NCBI RefSeq assembly: GCF_013167455.1
Contig: NZ_CP038328.1
Source of the DNA: Escherichia coli O157:H7
GTDB taxonomy: Bacteria > Pseudomonadota > Gammaproteobacteria > Enterobacterales > Enterobacteriaceae
Length of the DNA stretch: 64,000 nucleotides
Reading direction: 5' to 3' (one strand)
Under the pieces are notes generated by a model that was not told the DNA's origin, did not search any database, and saw nothing but the letters and a program-made list of their open reading frames with translations. Shown here in pieces: positions 20,869 to 29,254 of this stretch (positions are counted from its first letter, which is position 1; the number at the start of each line of letters is the position of its first letter). The translations under genes were made by a program, and so were the position numbers.

Positions 20869-21341
20869 ACCTCAATCTCTCTGACCGTTCCGCCTGCTTC
20901 TTTGAATTTTGCAATCAGGCTGTCAGCCTTATGCTCGAACTGACCGTAACCAGCGCCCGGCAACGAAGCCCAGATATTGCTGCAACGGTCGATAGCCTGA
21001 CGAATATCACCACGATCAATCATCGGTAAAGCGCCACGTTCTTTAATCTGCTGCAATGCCACAGCGTCCTGGCTTTTGGGGGAGAAGTCTTTCAAACCAA
21101 GCTGTTTACGGTAAGCATCCCACCAACGTGAAAGAAGCTGGTAACGTCCGGCGGCTGTTGATTTGAGTTTGGGGTTTAGCGTGACAAGTTTGCGAGGGTG
21201 ATCGGAGTAATCAGTGAAGAGTTCACCACCGACAATAACGTCATAACCGTGGTTACGTGTCGGTTGTCGTCCGTTATCCGTTCCTTCTGACCAAGCCACC
21301 ATATCAAGGAAAGCTTTACGCTGGGAATTTAGTACCTGCAT
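20865..21341 (-). CDS. R: Endolysin (lambda R-type lytic transglycosylase)
   Basis: 158 aa with near-identity to lambda R over most of its length. Confidence 0.9.
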   Translation of the reverse strand: MQVLNSQRKAFLDMVAWSEGTDNGRQPTRNHGYDVIVGGELFTDYSDHPRKLVTLNPKLKSTAAGRYQLLSRWWDAYRKQLGLKDFSPKSQDAVALQQIKERGALPMIDRGDIRQAIDRCSNIWASLPGAGYGQFEHKADSLIAKFKEAGGTVREIEV

Positions 21342-21344
21342 AAA

Positions 21345-21680
21345 TTACTCCTTAGAGCCACCAAATTTGTTACCGATTACTCGCATTGCAGCCCCACGAA
21401 TAGCATCGACACCGATCAGCCCCACCCCACCACCAATGGCAACAGAAAGTGATTTAGGCCATCCGACATACTCAAGAGCGGATGCAAAGGTCAGCGTCAG
21501 AGCGCCACATAGCAAAATCTCGAGCGTTTTTCGCTTCCAGCCACCACCACCGCCAAAATAGGCGATGCGCAAACCAGCCATAACGATCGACATAATCACT
21601 GCACCCAGCGGTGTGTCTCCACGCCACCAGCTCTGAAACAACTCCAGCCAGTCCGGCCAGGTATTTGGGTTATGAGGCAT
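21345..21680 (-). CDS. Holin (putative)
   Basis: ORF 21345..21776; likely start MPHNPNTW... at 21680 after a GAGGTG Shine-Dalgarno; hydrophobic helices and Gly-rich segments; immediately upstream of the endolysin. Confidence 0.55.
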   Translation of the reverse strand: MPHNPNTWPDWLELFQSWWRGDTPLGAVIMSIVMAGLRIAYFGGGGGWKRKTLEILLCGALTLTFASALEYVGWPKSLSVAIGGGVGLIGVDAIRGAAMRVIGNKFGGSKE

Positions 21681-21723
21681 TTCGTCATCTCTCACCTCGC
21701 GATATTTGCGGGTGCTGTGTTGG

Positions 21724-21747
21724 AAATAAAAAGGCCACGCAACGTGG
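21724..21747 (-). terminator. Intrinsic terminator-like hairpin upstream of the holin
   Basis: ggccacg ttgc gtggcc followed by TTTTTATTT on the minus strand. Confidence 0.5.
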
Positions 21748-21816
21748 CCACCAGAATTATTTCCCCACCAGTTCACTTACCTCTTTCACCGTCTGATTAA
21801 ACCGCTCTGACTCAAG

Positions 21817-22131
21817 TTAAACACCTAACGCCCGACGCCCCAGCGCCATTGCTGCTTTTATTGTGGAACCGAATCCCATAAAGAAATCAGCAACCAGATC
21901 ACCAGGTCGACTACTGGCATTGATTATTTGCCTGAGCATATCCGCCGGTTTCTCGCACGGATGTTTACCCGGGTAGAACTGAACGGGCTTATGCGTCCTG
22001 ACATCGGTATAAGGCACGGAGACTGATACGGAGAAATAGCGCCGGTGAGATTTAAACTCATCCAGCAATTCAGAAGATTTGCAATTCAGTGAATCATGAG
22101 ATACCACCAACTGGTGGTAGGATTGTCTCAA
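21817..22131 (-). pseudogene. Remnant of a beta-class N6/N4 DNA methyltransferase (C-terminal part only)
   Basis: 104 aa ORF with ..FYPGKHPCEKPADMLRQIINASSRPGDLVADFFMGFGSTIKAAMALGRRALGV*, matching the HPxxKP and DPFxGSGTT-type AdoMet motifs, but lacking the upstream DPPY catalytic region; AT-rich foreign DNA begins right at its 5' end. Confidence 0.6.
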
Positions 22132-22301
22132 CTAGTGAGCTTTATACATTTAAGTGCGATGCACAGATAATAACCACGCCAATGGAATATCACACACAAA
22201 ATTGATAGAACACTAACAATAAGCCACAAAATAATTCACAATTTATTTTTACAGTGGATAAGTAGCAAAGTAGTGAATGTGAATAACGGCTAACTAAGAT
22301 G

Positions 22302-22330
22302 AAACAAAAAGCCCCACAATATGTGGGGCT
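22302..22330 (-). terminator. Rho-independent terminator ending the cargo cassette
   Basis: Minus strand agccccaca tatt gtggggct followed by TTTTTGTTT. Confidence 0.65.
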
Positions 22331-22388
22331 CCTTCGCGATTTATAGTAAAATAATCGATTCTCTAGCTGAAAAAATCTTTAAAAATTA

Positions 22389-22622
22389 TCAGCAATACGC
22401 AAGTTTTTTACCGTCATCCGGTACTAGTTTGATCACTACACCAGGATTCTTACGCTCTAACATCTGAGTTTGACTCCATGTAATACCAAAGGTTTCCATT
22501 GGAGATGCATTGCCAGCAAAGAGTTCGGCGACGACTTTAGCTGCCTCAATCTCTATCTGCTCATGATGTTTCATAAAAATCCCCTTGTTCAGCACTAAGC
22601 TGTAGTTGCTTCTTTGAAGCAT
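22389..22622 (-). CDS. Small hypothetical protein (cargo cassette gene 2)
   Basis: 77 aa ORF; more likely 61 aa from ATG at 22574 (MKHHEQIEIEAAKVV...) preceded by AAGGGGA Shine-Dalgarno; low GC. Confidence 0.4.
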   Translation of the reverse strand: MLQRSNYSLVLNKGIFMKHHEQIEIEAAKVVAELFAGNASPMETFGITWSQTQMLERKNPGVVIKLVPDDGKKLAYC

Positions 22623-22765
22623 AAAGGCAACAAAGTTTGTTACCTGAAGATGTATAAAGTAAAGCGTAGTACATTTTGTGTGTGCTTTGTGTGGATCCAG
22701 ATTGCATCAACTAAAAGAGGTTTTCAATACTTTTGTAATGATTCTGGAGAAATTAAGAATCTAAC

Positions 22766-23308
22766 TCACACTGATTGGTTAGGTAAAACGCTCCTAAGCA
22801 CCATTGCGCAACCACCTCGTTCGTAATCAGCAATGTACTCAAAACCACTTTCAGTATAGTATCTTATTGCCCCATCAACTGGACTAACTAAAGCTATCGA
22901 ATCAATAGATTCACCCTGAAGGTTCAGAAATCGTGCATATGCAGAGAAGCAATCCAAAACGATACCAAGCATCTGATGGTCTAGGTCTTCATGTGCATCA
23001 TTACGTTTTTCCATCCAGCAAATATGCACCGCATTTTTCGGCTTACAGTAACACCCAAATGCAAATCCAATAGGCTCCCCACGATAATAAACAACTAGTT
23101 TTATCGGGTGTTCTTCCATCATATCCATAAACACTCGCGACTTTAGTCCGGGATCCCACCGCAGTTTATTGTTAGCCTTGAGGAACTCCATATCTTTTAG
23201 TACCAGCTCGTCGGCATATACGAGCCCTAACGACTTATGAGGGAAGCGCCCTTTTAAATACTCTGCAACATTTTTAAATACTGCTGTTTGGAAGGCTTGA
23301 AACATCAT
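22766..23308 (-). CDS. Hypothetical protein with GNAT-like C-terminal signature (cargo cassette gene 1)
   Basis: 180 aa; C-terminus ..SIALVSPVDGAIRYYTESGFEYIADY.. resembles GNAT motif B, but no canonical Q/RxxGxG acetyl-CoA loop; roughly 40 percent GC against about 52 percent in flanking phage DNA. Confidence 0.55.
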   Translation of the reverse strand: MMFQAFQTAVFKNVAEYLKGRFPHKSLGLVYADELVLKDMEFLKANNKLRWDPGLKSRVFMDMMEEHPIKLVVYYRGEPIGFAFGCYCKPKNAVHICWMEKRNDAHEDLDHQMLGIVLDCFSAYARFLNLQGESIDSIALVSPVDGAIRYYTESGFEYIADYERGGCAMVLRSVLPNQSV

Positions 23309-23337
23309 GTCGATCCAGACGAGACGAAAGTTTAAAT

Positions 23338-23367
23338 TCTACCTACTCGCCGAATACCATTTCAATG
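23338..23367 (-). promoter_or_regulatory. Candidate sigma70 promoter for the cargo cassette
   Basis: Minus strand TTGAAA, 18-bp spacer, TAGAAT, about 25 nt upstream of the 23308 start codon. Confidence 0.35.
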
Positions 23368-23386
23368 CCACACATCTAAAATTCCG

Positions 23387-23414
23387 AAAAAAAACCCGCA
23401 CATCAGCGGGTTTT
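23387..23414 (-). terminator. tR'-like intrinsic terminator downstream of the late promoter
   Basis: Minus strand aaaacccgc tgatgt gcggg followed by eight T; about 50 nt downstream of the predicted late promoter. Confidence 0.75.
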
Positions 23415-23459
23415 CTACTTTTTATTAAAGCCGGACACACAATGCCTATCATTGAGAAA

Positions 23460-23488
23460 ATATTATCCATTTTTTTTGAAAAATGCAA
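23460..23488 (-). promoter_or_regulatory. Late promoter pR'-like (Q-dependent antitermination site)
   Basis: Minus strand TTGCAT, 17-bp spacer, TAATAT located 30-60 bp downstream of the Q stop codon. Confidence 0.6.
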
Positions 23489-23519
23489 GCATCATGTCGC
23501 CATTTTCGTCGAAAATCAT

Positions 23520-24272
23520 TCATCTCGTCACTTTCCTCAATTGTGTCTCAGCATACGCTTCTTCCTGCCAGCACTTTGTAACCAGTTTATCAATGACATC
23601 TGCATATCCTTTGTACCACTGATAATCCGTCAGGTCTGGTACCAGCTTCTGGACATGAAGCCGCGCCAGTGTGGTTGGTAAACGGCTAAACCGGTTTCCA
23701 TTGCAACGCCCACAAACCTTATAAACAGGCGTGCCATGAAGCCTGGTTCTTTTTTCATCCAGGACAATACCTTTACCCTTACACCCTCTGCACGCTGTGC
23801 TGACTTCTCCCTTACCATGACAATGCTGACACAGTTCCTTCACCCACTCTTCCTTGATAACAGATTCCCCGCTTCTGGAGTGTTTCACCACCTCGCGCAA
23901 TACATCATGAAATCCAGTACCAGCACAATGCTCACAGCGAGCCTTACTTGCCGCAGACCTGGAATAATCAGCAAAGGCAAAATTCACAAGGTAAGGAATG
24001 ATCTGTAGCCGGGTTTCTTCACTCAATTTGTTCAATGTCGGGTTATCCAGTGCCATCGCGTAATTGAGCAGACCTTCAATCGCAAACTGAGGATCCTGAA
24101 CACCAACTTTTGCCAGGAATAAGGCAAACCCAAGCGGTGCTTTCGACTGCACCATCCCCTGCGCAGCCATTACATCCGTAATTGTTAAACCACCAGAGCC
24201 TGTCGCCGGTGCGTCATCGCTCAATTTTGGAGATTTTGGGGAGTAATATTTCGGTAAGGCTTCAAAGTTCAT
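23520..24272 (-). CDS. Q: Late-gene antitermination protein Q
   Basis: 250 aa with CxxC...CxxC zinc-binding motifs (CEHCAGTG, CQHCHGKG, CRGCKGKG), followed by promoter and terminator. Confidence 0.85.
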   Translation of the reverse strand: MNFEALPKYYSPKSPKLSDDAPATGSGGLTITDVMAAQGMVQSKAPLGFALFLAKVGVQDPQFAIEGLLNYAMALDNPTLNKLSEETRLQIIPYLVNFAFADYSRSAASKARCEHCAGTGFHDVLREVVKHSRSGESVIKEEWVKELCQHCHGKGEVSTACRGCKGKGIVLDEKRTRLHGTPVYKVCGRCNGNRFSRLPTTLARLHVQKLVPDLTDYQWYKGYADVIDKLVTKCWQEEAYAETQLRKVTR

Positions 24273-24285
24273 GCTCGTTCTCCAC

Positions 24286-25281
24286 TTACGCCAGTACGCC
24301 TATTGCCAGCGCACGATCGATAAAACGAAATATCAGCTCCAGCTGGGAGCCATACTTCTCTTCAAATGCCACGGTATCCGCATGCAGCTCGTCGTGATGC
24401 TTTCTGCACAAAGGCAACACAAAGAGGTCATGCGCTTTTGTACCCATTCCTCCCTGACCGTGACCTATCAGGTGGTGGGGATCATCAGCAGGCTTTCCAC
24501 AACATGCACACGGCTGTGTCTTAACCCAGCGCGTGTACTTTTCATTAACCCAGCGGCGACGTTTTGGGCGTAACATAAAAGACTCCGGCGACTCAGGATC
24601 CACTTTCAGCGCCAGCACCTTTTTCGCTTTATCCTGGATGATGCTGGTGGCAGGAACCGAAGGCACAAGGTCACTTTCCCGGGTAACAGACGGCACAACA
24701 GGCTTCGGTAATCTAAGTGCCTTACGGGCTGCACTTTCCGGTAAGGCATCCGCCAGGTCATTACGAATCAGCCACCAGCACAGTTCCGGCATTGTCACAA
24801 CGTGACTGTCATCAAAACCGAGATCCCGACGCACAACAGACAACACCCAGCGGGCACAGTTATCCGTTGCCATTGATTCCAGCCGTTCCGTGAACTGATC
24901 GCGCAGCTGGTTATCGCAGTGCCAGCACAGACGGATTGCGCCCGGAGCGTGTCGCATTGTGGTCATGTTCTCGCTGTGCCAGTCGGAATGAGGCCACTGG
25001 CAGCCTTTTTCACGAAGTAACCAGCTTTCAAGACATTCCACGCCACCAGCACGACGGATCACTGCCTCATTGCGGAACACGGCCCGAACGGCAGGATCAT
25101 CCGCCAGCGGTTGTGATGCCGCCGGAACGGCACCACTGGCGAAAGATGAATAACGTTCCGGCTCAGGCTCCAGCAGGACACGCCCCTGCATAAACAGGGG
25201 CATCAGCTCTGAACCTGGCCTGAACAATACGATCCCCATACGCGGGGCAATTTCAGGAGTCAGTAGTGCTCTCACGGTCAC
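24286..25281 (-). CDS. DUF968-family prophage protein (YdfU-like) with HNH-like C-terminus
   Basis: 331 aa; C-terminal ..QPCACCGKPADDPHHLIGHGQGG...CRKHHDELH; typical gene upstream of Q in lambdoid prophages. Confidence 0.7.
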   Translation of the reverse strand: MTVRALLTPEIAPRMGIVLFRPGSELMPLFMQGRVLLEPEPERYSSFASGAVPAASQPLADDPAVRAVFRNEAVIRRAGGVECLESWLLREKGCQWPHSDWHSENMTTMRHAPGAIRLCWHCDNQLRDQFTERLESMATDNCARWVLSVVRRDLGFDDSHVVTMPELCWWLIRNDLADALPESAARKALRLPKPVVPSVTRESDLVPSVPATSIIQDKAKKVLALKVDPESPESFMLRPKRRRWVNEKYTRWVKTQPCACCGKPADDPHHLIGHGQGGMGTKAHDLFVLPLCRKHHDELHADTVAFEEKYGSQLELIFRFIDRALAIGVLA

Positions 25282-25282
25282 C

Positions 25283-26092
25283 TCAATGAACGGTATCGAG
25301 CAGCTTTAACAGCTCAGGGAATCGGGATTCGAAGAAATGCGGCTGCGTCTCGCGCGGATTTGCGGGACTGGTGATGTTCTTGCCGAACATGCAGCCTTTC
25401 GCTGTCAGCGACCAGAATTTTTTGATGTTGTTAATCGCAGTGCGGCTGTATCGTTCACGTTGTTCAACGATCCCCAGCTTCGCCATCTGGTGATATGCCT
25501 GATTAGCTGTCAGGCGGATACCATACTGCTTCAGCAGTGCACTCAATGATAGCGTGGGGCGGCTTGAGCCATCAGGCGCGTCAGCAGGAGCATCAATGGC
25601 ATAGCGCGGTGCCAGATTCGGTAAGCCAACAGCCTCCTGGAGTTTCTGACAGGCACCAAGCACTGAAGAGTTAGACAGGTTTAACTCCCGGCGCATAAAG
25701 TCCAGCAGGATCACGCCAGCCTGCATCTTGTCAGCAGCCTGTCCGGATAATTTTTCCGGTGCGCTGGTTACCATATCGAAAGTACGGATCACCTTCAGAT
25801 GGAATGACGGGCTGATCCACATTGCATAGGCATACACCAGTTCCTTGCAGACATACGTTCCCCGTTCATTTCCCCCATGAATCACACTCACCGGGTCAAC
25901 ACCCAAATTCTGGGTGTTGGTCAATTCATGAACAAGCTCAACAGTTTGTTGGCTGGAAAGAAACTTTCCCGGCTCCTTGGTTCTGGCATTTGCACCAGAT
26001 GCTACTGCTGCGCGATGCAGATCGTTCAGGCTGTAACGCCCATAAGCATCACGACGAACTTCAATACCATCAATGACCATCAGATTATTCAT
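25283..26092 (-). CDS. KilA-N domain protein (antirepressor-like)
   Basis: 269 aa; N-terminal KilA-N-like region. Confidence 0.7.
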   Translation of the reverse strand: MNNLMVIDGIEVRRDAYGRYSLNDLHRAAVASGANARTKEPGKFLSSQQTVELVHELTNTQNLGVDPVSVIHGGNERGTYVCKELVYAYAMWISPSFHLKVIRTFDMVTSAPEKLSGQAADKMQAGVILLDFMRRELNLSNSSVLGACQKLQEAVGLPNLAPRYAIDAPADAPDGSSRPTLSLSALLKQYGIRLTANQAYHQMAKLGIVEQRERYSRTAINNIKKFWSLTAKGCMFGKNITSPANPRETQPHFFESRFPELLKLLDTVH

Positions 26093-26111
26093 ACTTCGTT
26101 TCTCCTCTTAA

Positions 26112-26501
26112 TCAGGCGGCTGCACCCGCCGTTTTCTCGTACTTACTGATAGTGATCTCGACCTTCCCTTCCGGGATAACCGGTCCCCACTCCACCAGCA
26201 TTCTTTTCACCTGACTGTCGTCTTCCCACACACCCGCGTGGGTCAGGGCGTCAAACAGCGCCTTGTTATAGTTGTCCAGATCGCGGATCCGGTTATCCGG
26301 AGGAAACAACACGATCTCCACTGAAGCAGGTGCCGACGTTGGTTTCGGCAGACGACGTAACTGCTCAACTATTGCTGCGCACGCCGCGCTCTGGAATTTT
26401 CGCCCCGCCGCGCTTATCAGGCTCTTACCAGCAAACGCCCCTTTGTTGGGGTGTCGCCAGTACGTGTTCACGCTGGGCGGAAAAGGCAGGATCAGCTTCA
26501 T
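26112..26501 (-). CDS. rusA: Holliday junction resolvase RusA
   Basis: 129 aa MKLILPFPPSVNTYWR... with ...RDLDNYNKALFDALTHAGVWEDDSQV core. Confidence 0.9.
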   Translation of the reverse strand: MKLILPFPPSVNTYWRHPNKGAFAGKSLISAAGRKFQSAACAAIVEQLRRLPKPTSAPASVEIVLFPPDNRIRDLDNYNKALFDALTHAGVWEDDSQVKRMLVEWGPVIPEGKVEITISKYEKTAGAAA

Positions 26502-26824
26502 ACTTTCAGGTCCCTCTCATGTAACCAGTGGGTTGCACGCAGCCTTGCGTTTTCCTCACCGGCAAGCAGTGCGCGGATAATCCCGACCGCCTCGCTGTCG
26601 TCGTCCTTCACCGCGGTATGAAGCGTTATCCCCCGGGCCACGCCACGCTTTATCGTGATGACGCCTTTTTTCTCCAGTGCGCGAAGATGCTCCACCGCTG
26701 CATTCACTGAACGGTATCCCAGCATGGTTGCCACCTCCTGATTGGTTGGCGGGAAGCCACGTTCTTTCTGATAAGAAATCAGCATATCCAGCACCTGCTG
26801 CTGGCATTGAGTTAACGTCGTCAT
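26498..26824 (-). CDS. LexA DNA-binding-domain-like protein lacking the S24 peptidase domain
   Basis: 108 aa; ..QQQVLDMLISYQKERGFPPTNQEVATMLGYRSVNAAVEHLRALEKKGVITIKRGVARGITL.. aligns along the LexA N-terminal winged-helix domain; no Ser/Lys peptidase region. Confidence 0.65.
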   Translation of the reverse strand: MTTLTQCQQQVLDMLISYQKERGFPPTNQEVATMLGYRSVNAAVEHLRALEKKGVITIKRGVARGITLHTAVKDDDSEAVGIIRALLAGEENARLRATHWLHERDLKV

Positions 26825-27474
26825 GCCGCCATCTCCCTGACCAGTTTTTCTGCCTGCTGGCGAACCTGCGCCAGAAAGGCCTCACCACATGCCTCAAGTT
26901 CATAGCGCCCGATGTAGCTGATTGCCGGTCCCTTCCAGGTCTTGTCGAAAACAGCAATAGCACCAGCGAAGAAAGCGCCTGTCGGCACCTGCTTCTCATC
27001 CTTCGGGATAAACCAGGCAGGCAGTTCAAAACCAATACGCCCGCGAATAAAAGCAATATGATCTGCATCTTCCGGCCACCACACTTCGCTGGTGGCAGCT
27101 TTGATCAGGAAAACATAGCGCCCGCCTTTATCACGCATGGCACTGGCATGCTTCATGATGTAACGCATGCCGGTGATGTATTGCCCCTCATGCTGACTGG
27201 CGCGGCTGTATGGGGGATTACCAAAGGCAGCACCTTTAAGCTCCGCAAGACGTTCTGACCAGTCATGCGCCAGCGCGTTGTCTTCCGCAGTGTAATAAGC
27301 GGCACATTTGGCGTTATCACCGTCAGTGAACAGATCCAGAACAAACGGGCCAAACAGGGTGTTAATTCCCCAGAAAATGTTGTCCGGCGTGCGCCACTGA
27401 TCGCCCACTTCCTTCAGTTCATGGGCTGGTTTGTTCCGCAGCTCCACCAGCGCCTGGCAATATTTATTACTCAT
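26821..27474 (-). CDS. Phage N6-adenine DNA methyltransferase (Dam-like)
   Basis: Start MSNKYCQ... at 27474 (TAATG overlap with upstream gene); contains NPPY catalytic motif (AAFGNPPYS). Confidence 0.8.
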   Translation of the reverse strand: MSNKYCQALVELRNKPAHELKEVGDQWRTPDNIFWGINTLFGPFVLDLFTDGDNAKCAAYYTAEDNALAHDWSERLAELKGAAFGNPPYSRASQHEGQYITGMRYIMKHASAMRDKGGRYVFLIKAATSEVWWPEDADHIAFIRGRIGFELPAWFIPKDEKQVPTGAFFAGAIAVFDKTWKGPAISYIGRYELEACGEAFLAQVRQQAEKLVREMAA

Positions 27475-27968
27475 TAAGCCCCCACGTAATTCCCTGACAG
27501 ATACCACTCTTCACCCGATACAGCGCGCTTGCTGCTTTTCCGTAAGCACCGCTCACGACGCGCCAGAAAATTGTTTCGTTCTGGCTGGGAGTGGCTTTCA
27601 CGGAATGCCGCCATCCACACCGTTGCAGCACGACGGTATAAGCCCCTGGACTCCAGTTCTTCAGCCTGGCGGGTCAGGCACAAAATCACCCGGGGATCGT
27701 TAGTGCCGACATAGAAATTGCGCACAGGTCTGGTTTCACGAACTGGTTGTGGTTCCGGCTCCTGCGCTCTCTCAGTCAGGCGCGGGAAATGTCTGCGTGT
27801 ATCCCCTTCACAACGGTGAGCCACACGCCCACTCTGACGTAACTTGCTTGCAGACTGCAGAACGCGCTGCCGTGAGTAACCTGCAAAAGCATCCGCAATG
27901 TCTCCGGAAGTACAGCCCGGATGGGCTTCAATGAATTTCTGAACGTCATTCAAAAGACTCATGCTCAC
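27474..27968 (-). CDS. Hypothetical regulator, PerC/Pch-like C-terminal region (tentative)
   Basis: 164 aa; ..ELESRGLYRRAATVWMAAF.. resembles the PerC family signature; assignment from memory only. Confidence 0.4.
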   Translation of the reverse strand: MSMSLLNDVQKFIEAHPGCTSGDIADAFAGYSRQRVLQSASKLRQSGRVAHRCEGDTRRHFPRLTERAQEPEPQPVRETRPVRNFYVGTNDPRVILCLTRQAEELESRGLYRRAATVWMAAFRESHSQPERNNFLARRERCLRKSSKRAVSGEEWYLSGNYVGA

Positions 27969-28906
27969 CCCCTGAATCCTGCCGGGATCTGGCTGTAGTC
28001 CACGTTGTCGTAACTGGCTTTGAAGTACGGGTCCTCGCGTTTTTCGGTGTACGTGCTGACGGACGGCGATAAGCGCAGGGAAAGCTCATCCCATTTTTCC
28101 CGCAGCTTCGACGGGCTGAGCACGTTACGGCACCAGAACGGATCGCGACTGACGCGGCTGTACATCTCGCAGATTTGTTTATGAGTACGACCATCCTGCA
28201 CACACATCAGGCGAATTTCGTTTGCCCAGGCTGTCCAGTTCGGTTCTTTGGGACGAACCACCTCGCCGTCACATTCGGCGGCATGCTCGTACAGGGCGAT
28301 GATTTTTTTCCAGAGCCACTGTGCACAGGTCAAATCATCCTGCGTCCCCCACTGGCGCTTTTTAGGGCTGAATACAACCGCATCAGGATGGCGAGTTAAA
28401 AAATCCTGTTCATCCGTCTGCGTGTCCGGTTGCGAAGCGTCCGGACGAGAAGGTTTTTTATCTGACGGATCATGTTTTGATTTTACTGACGGATCCCCGC
28501 CAGATTCTGACGGGTGAAAACCCGCTTTTTTGCCAGATTTCGACGCATCAAATTTTGACGGGTCAGATTTTGATGCGTCAGATTTTGACGGGTCAGAATC
28601 TGACAGTTGAGAAAATGCCGCTGCCTGAAGCTTCGCAACGTTAAGCTGATAAACATTCGACGCATTGCGGTTACCCTGGCGACGCGCCTTACGCGTTAAC
28701 CAGCCTTCTGCTTCCAGCCGTGCGATAGCCGTTCTGACGGTGCTCATCCCCGCGCCAATCTGGCGGGCAATGGTTTCAATTGATGGCCAGCACACACCTT
28801 CGTCATTACTGAAATCAGCCAGGCGGGCCATAATTGCCACGCTGGATAACTTCATGCCTGACGCAGCGCAACCATCCCATACATAGCCGGTTAATTTAGT
28901 GCTCAT
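27965..28906 (-). CDS. Replication initiator (lambda O-like) with internal iterons
   Basis: 313 aa; N-terminal winged-helix region, central repetitive SDSDPSKSDASKSDPSKFDASKS linker encoded by the iteron array. Confidence 0.7.
   Translation of the reverse strand: MSTKLTGYVWDGCAASGMKLSSVAIMARLADFSNDEGVCWPSIETIARQIGAGMSTVRTAIARLEAEGWLTRKARRQGNRNASNVYQLNVAKLQAAAFSQLSDSDPSKSDASKSDPSKFDASKSGKKAGFHPSESGGDPSVKSKHDPSDKKPSRPDASQPDTQTDEQDFLTRHPDAVVFSPKKRQWGTQDDLTCAQWLWKKIIALYEHAAECDGEVVRPKEPNWTAWANEIRLMCVQDGRTHKQICEMYSRVSRDPFWCRNVLSPSKLREKWDELSLRLSPSVSTYTEKREDPYFKASYDNVDYSQIPAGFRG
28450..28610. repeat. Iteron array / phage origin of replication inside the initiator gene
   Basis: About eight imperfect direct repeats of the tttTGACGGGTCA type at roughly 18-19 bp spacing. 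Confidence 0.7.
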
Positions 28907-28915
28907 GACCGACCT

Positions 28916-29254
28916 CTATTTCCCTGAATTTACGACGAAACTGTTCGAGCGGGCTGAAGCACTCATGCTCATAGCCTTCGCGGAGGTAGATAACCCGTTG
29001 TGTTTCCGGTTCCCAACGAATGACTCTGACGGGCACTCCGTAGTGATCTTTGAACCAGCGGTTAACTTGTCGCAAAGGACTGTCTCCTTTTGCCTGTTGA
29101 AATCACCCACAGCCCACTCTGCAAAGCTGTGGGTTACAATTTCCCTGTCACCTGGTACATTCACTGCATAGCAATACTCCACCTTCGCTTTTCCACCCGG
29201 TACAGGAAGTGCAATCAGTTGCGAGCGACGGTAGTGTGTTGTTAAACTGTTCAT
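28916..29254 (-). CDS. Hypothetical early protein (e14 YmfM-like position)
   Basis: 112 aa ORF between the CII-like gene and the replication initiator. Confidence 0.4.
   Translation of the reverse strand: MNSLTTHYRRSQLIALPVPGGKAKVEYCYAVNVPGDREIVTHSFAEWAVGDFNRQKETVLCDKLTAGSKITTECPSESFVGNRKHNGLSTSAKAMSMSASARSNSFVVNSGK

Noticed and set aside
22131-22300. Insertion sequence remnant in the AT-rich spacer
   Set aside because: No terminal inverted repeats or transposase-like ORF visible
22389-23308. GNAT-toxin / RHH-antitoxin (TacT/AtaT-type) pair
   Set aside because: The GNAT-like protein lacks the canonical acetyl-CoA binding loop and the small ORF is downstream rather than upstream with no recognisable antitoxin signature; kept only as an unassigned cassette
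28450-28610. CRISPR array
   Set aside because: Repeats are imperfect, short, lie inside a coding frame and have no unique spacers; consistent with replication iterons
28483-28665. 60-aa minus-strand ORF MRRMFISLTLRSF...
   Set aside because: Artefact of translating the iteron repeats in the wrong frame inside the replication initiator gene
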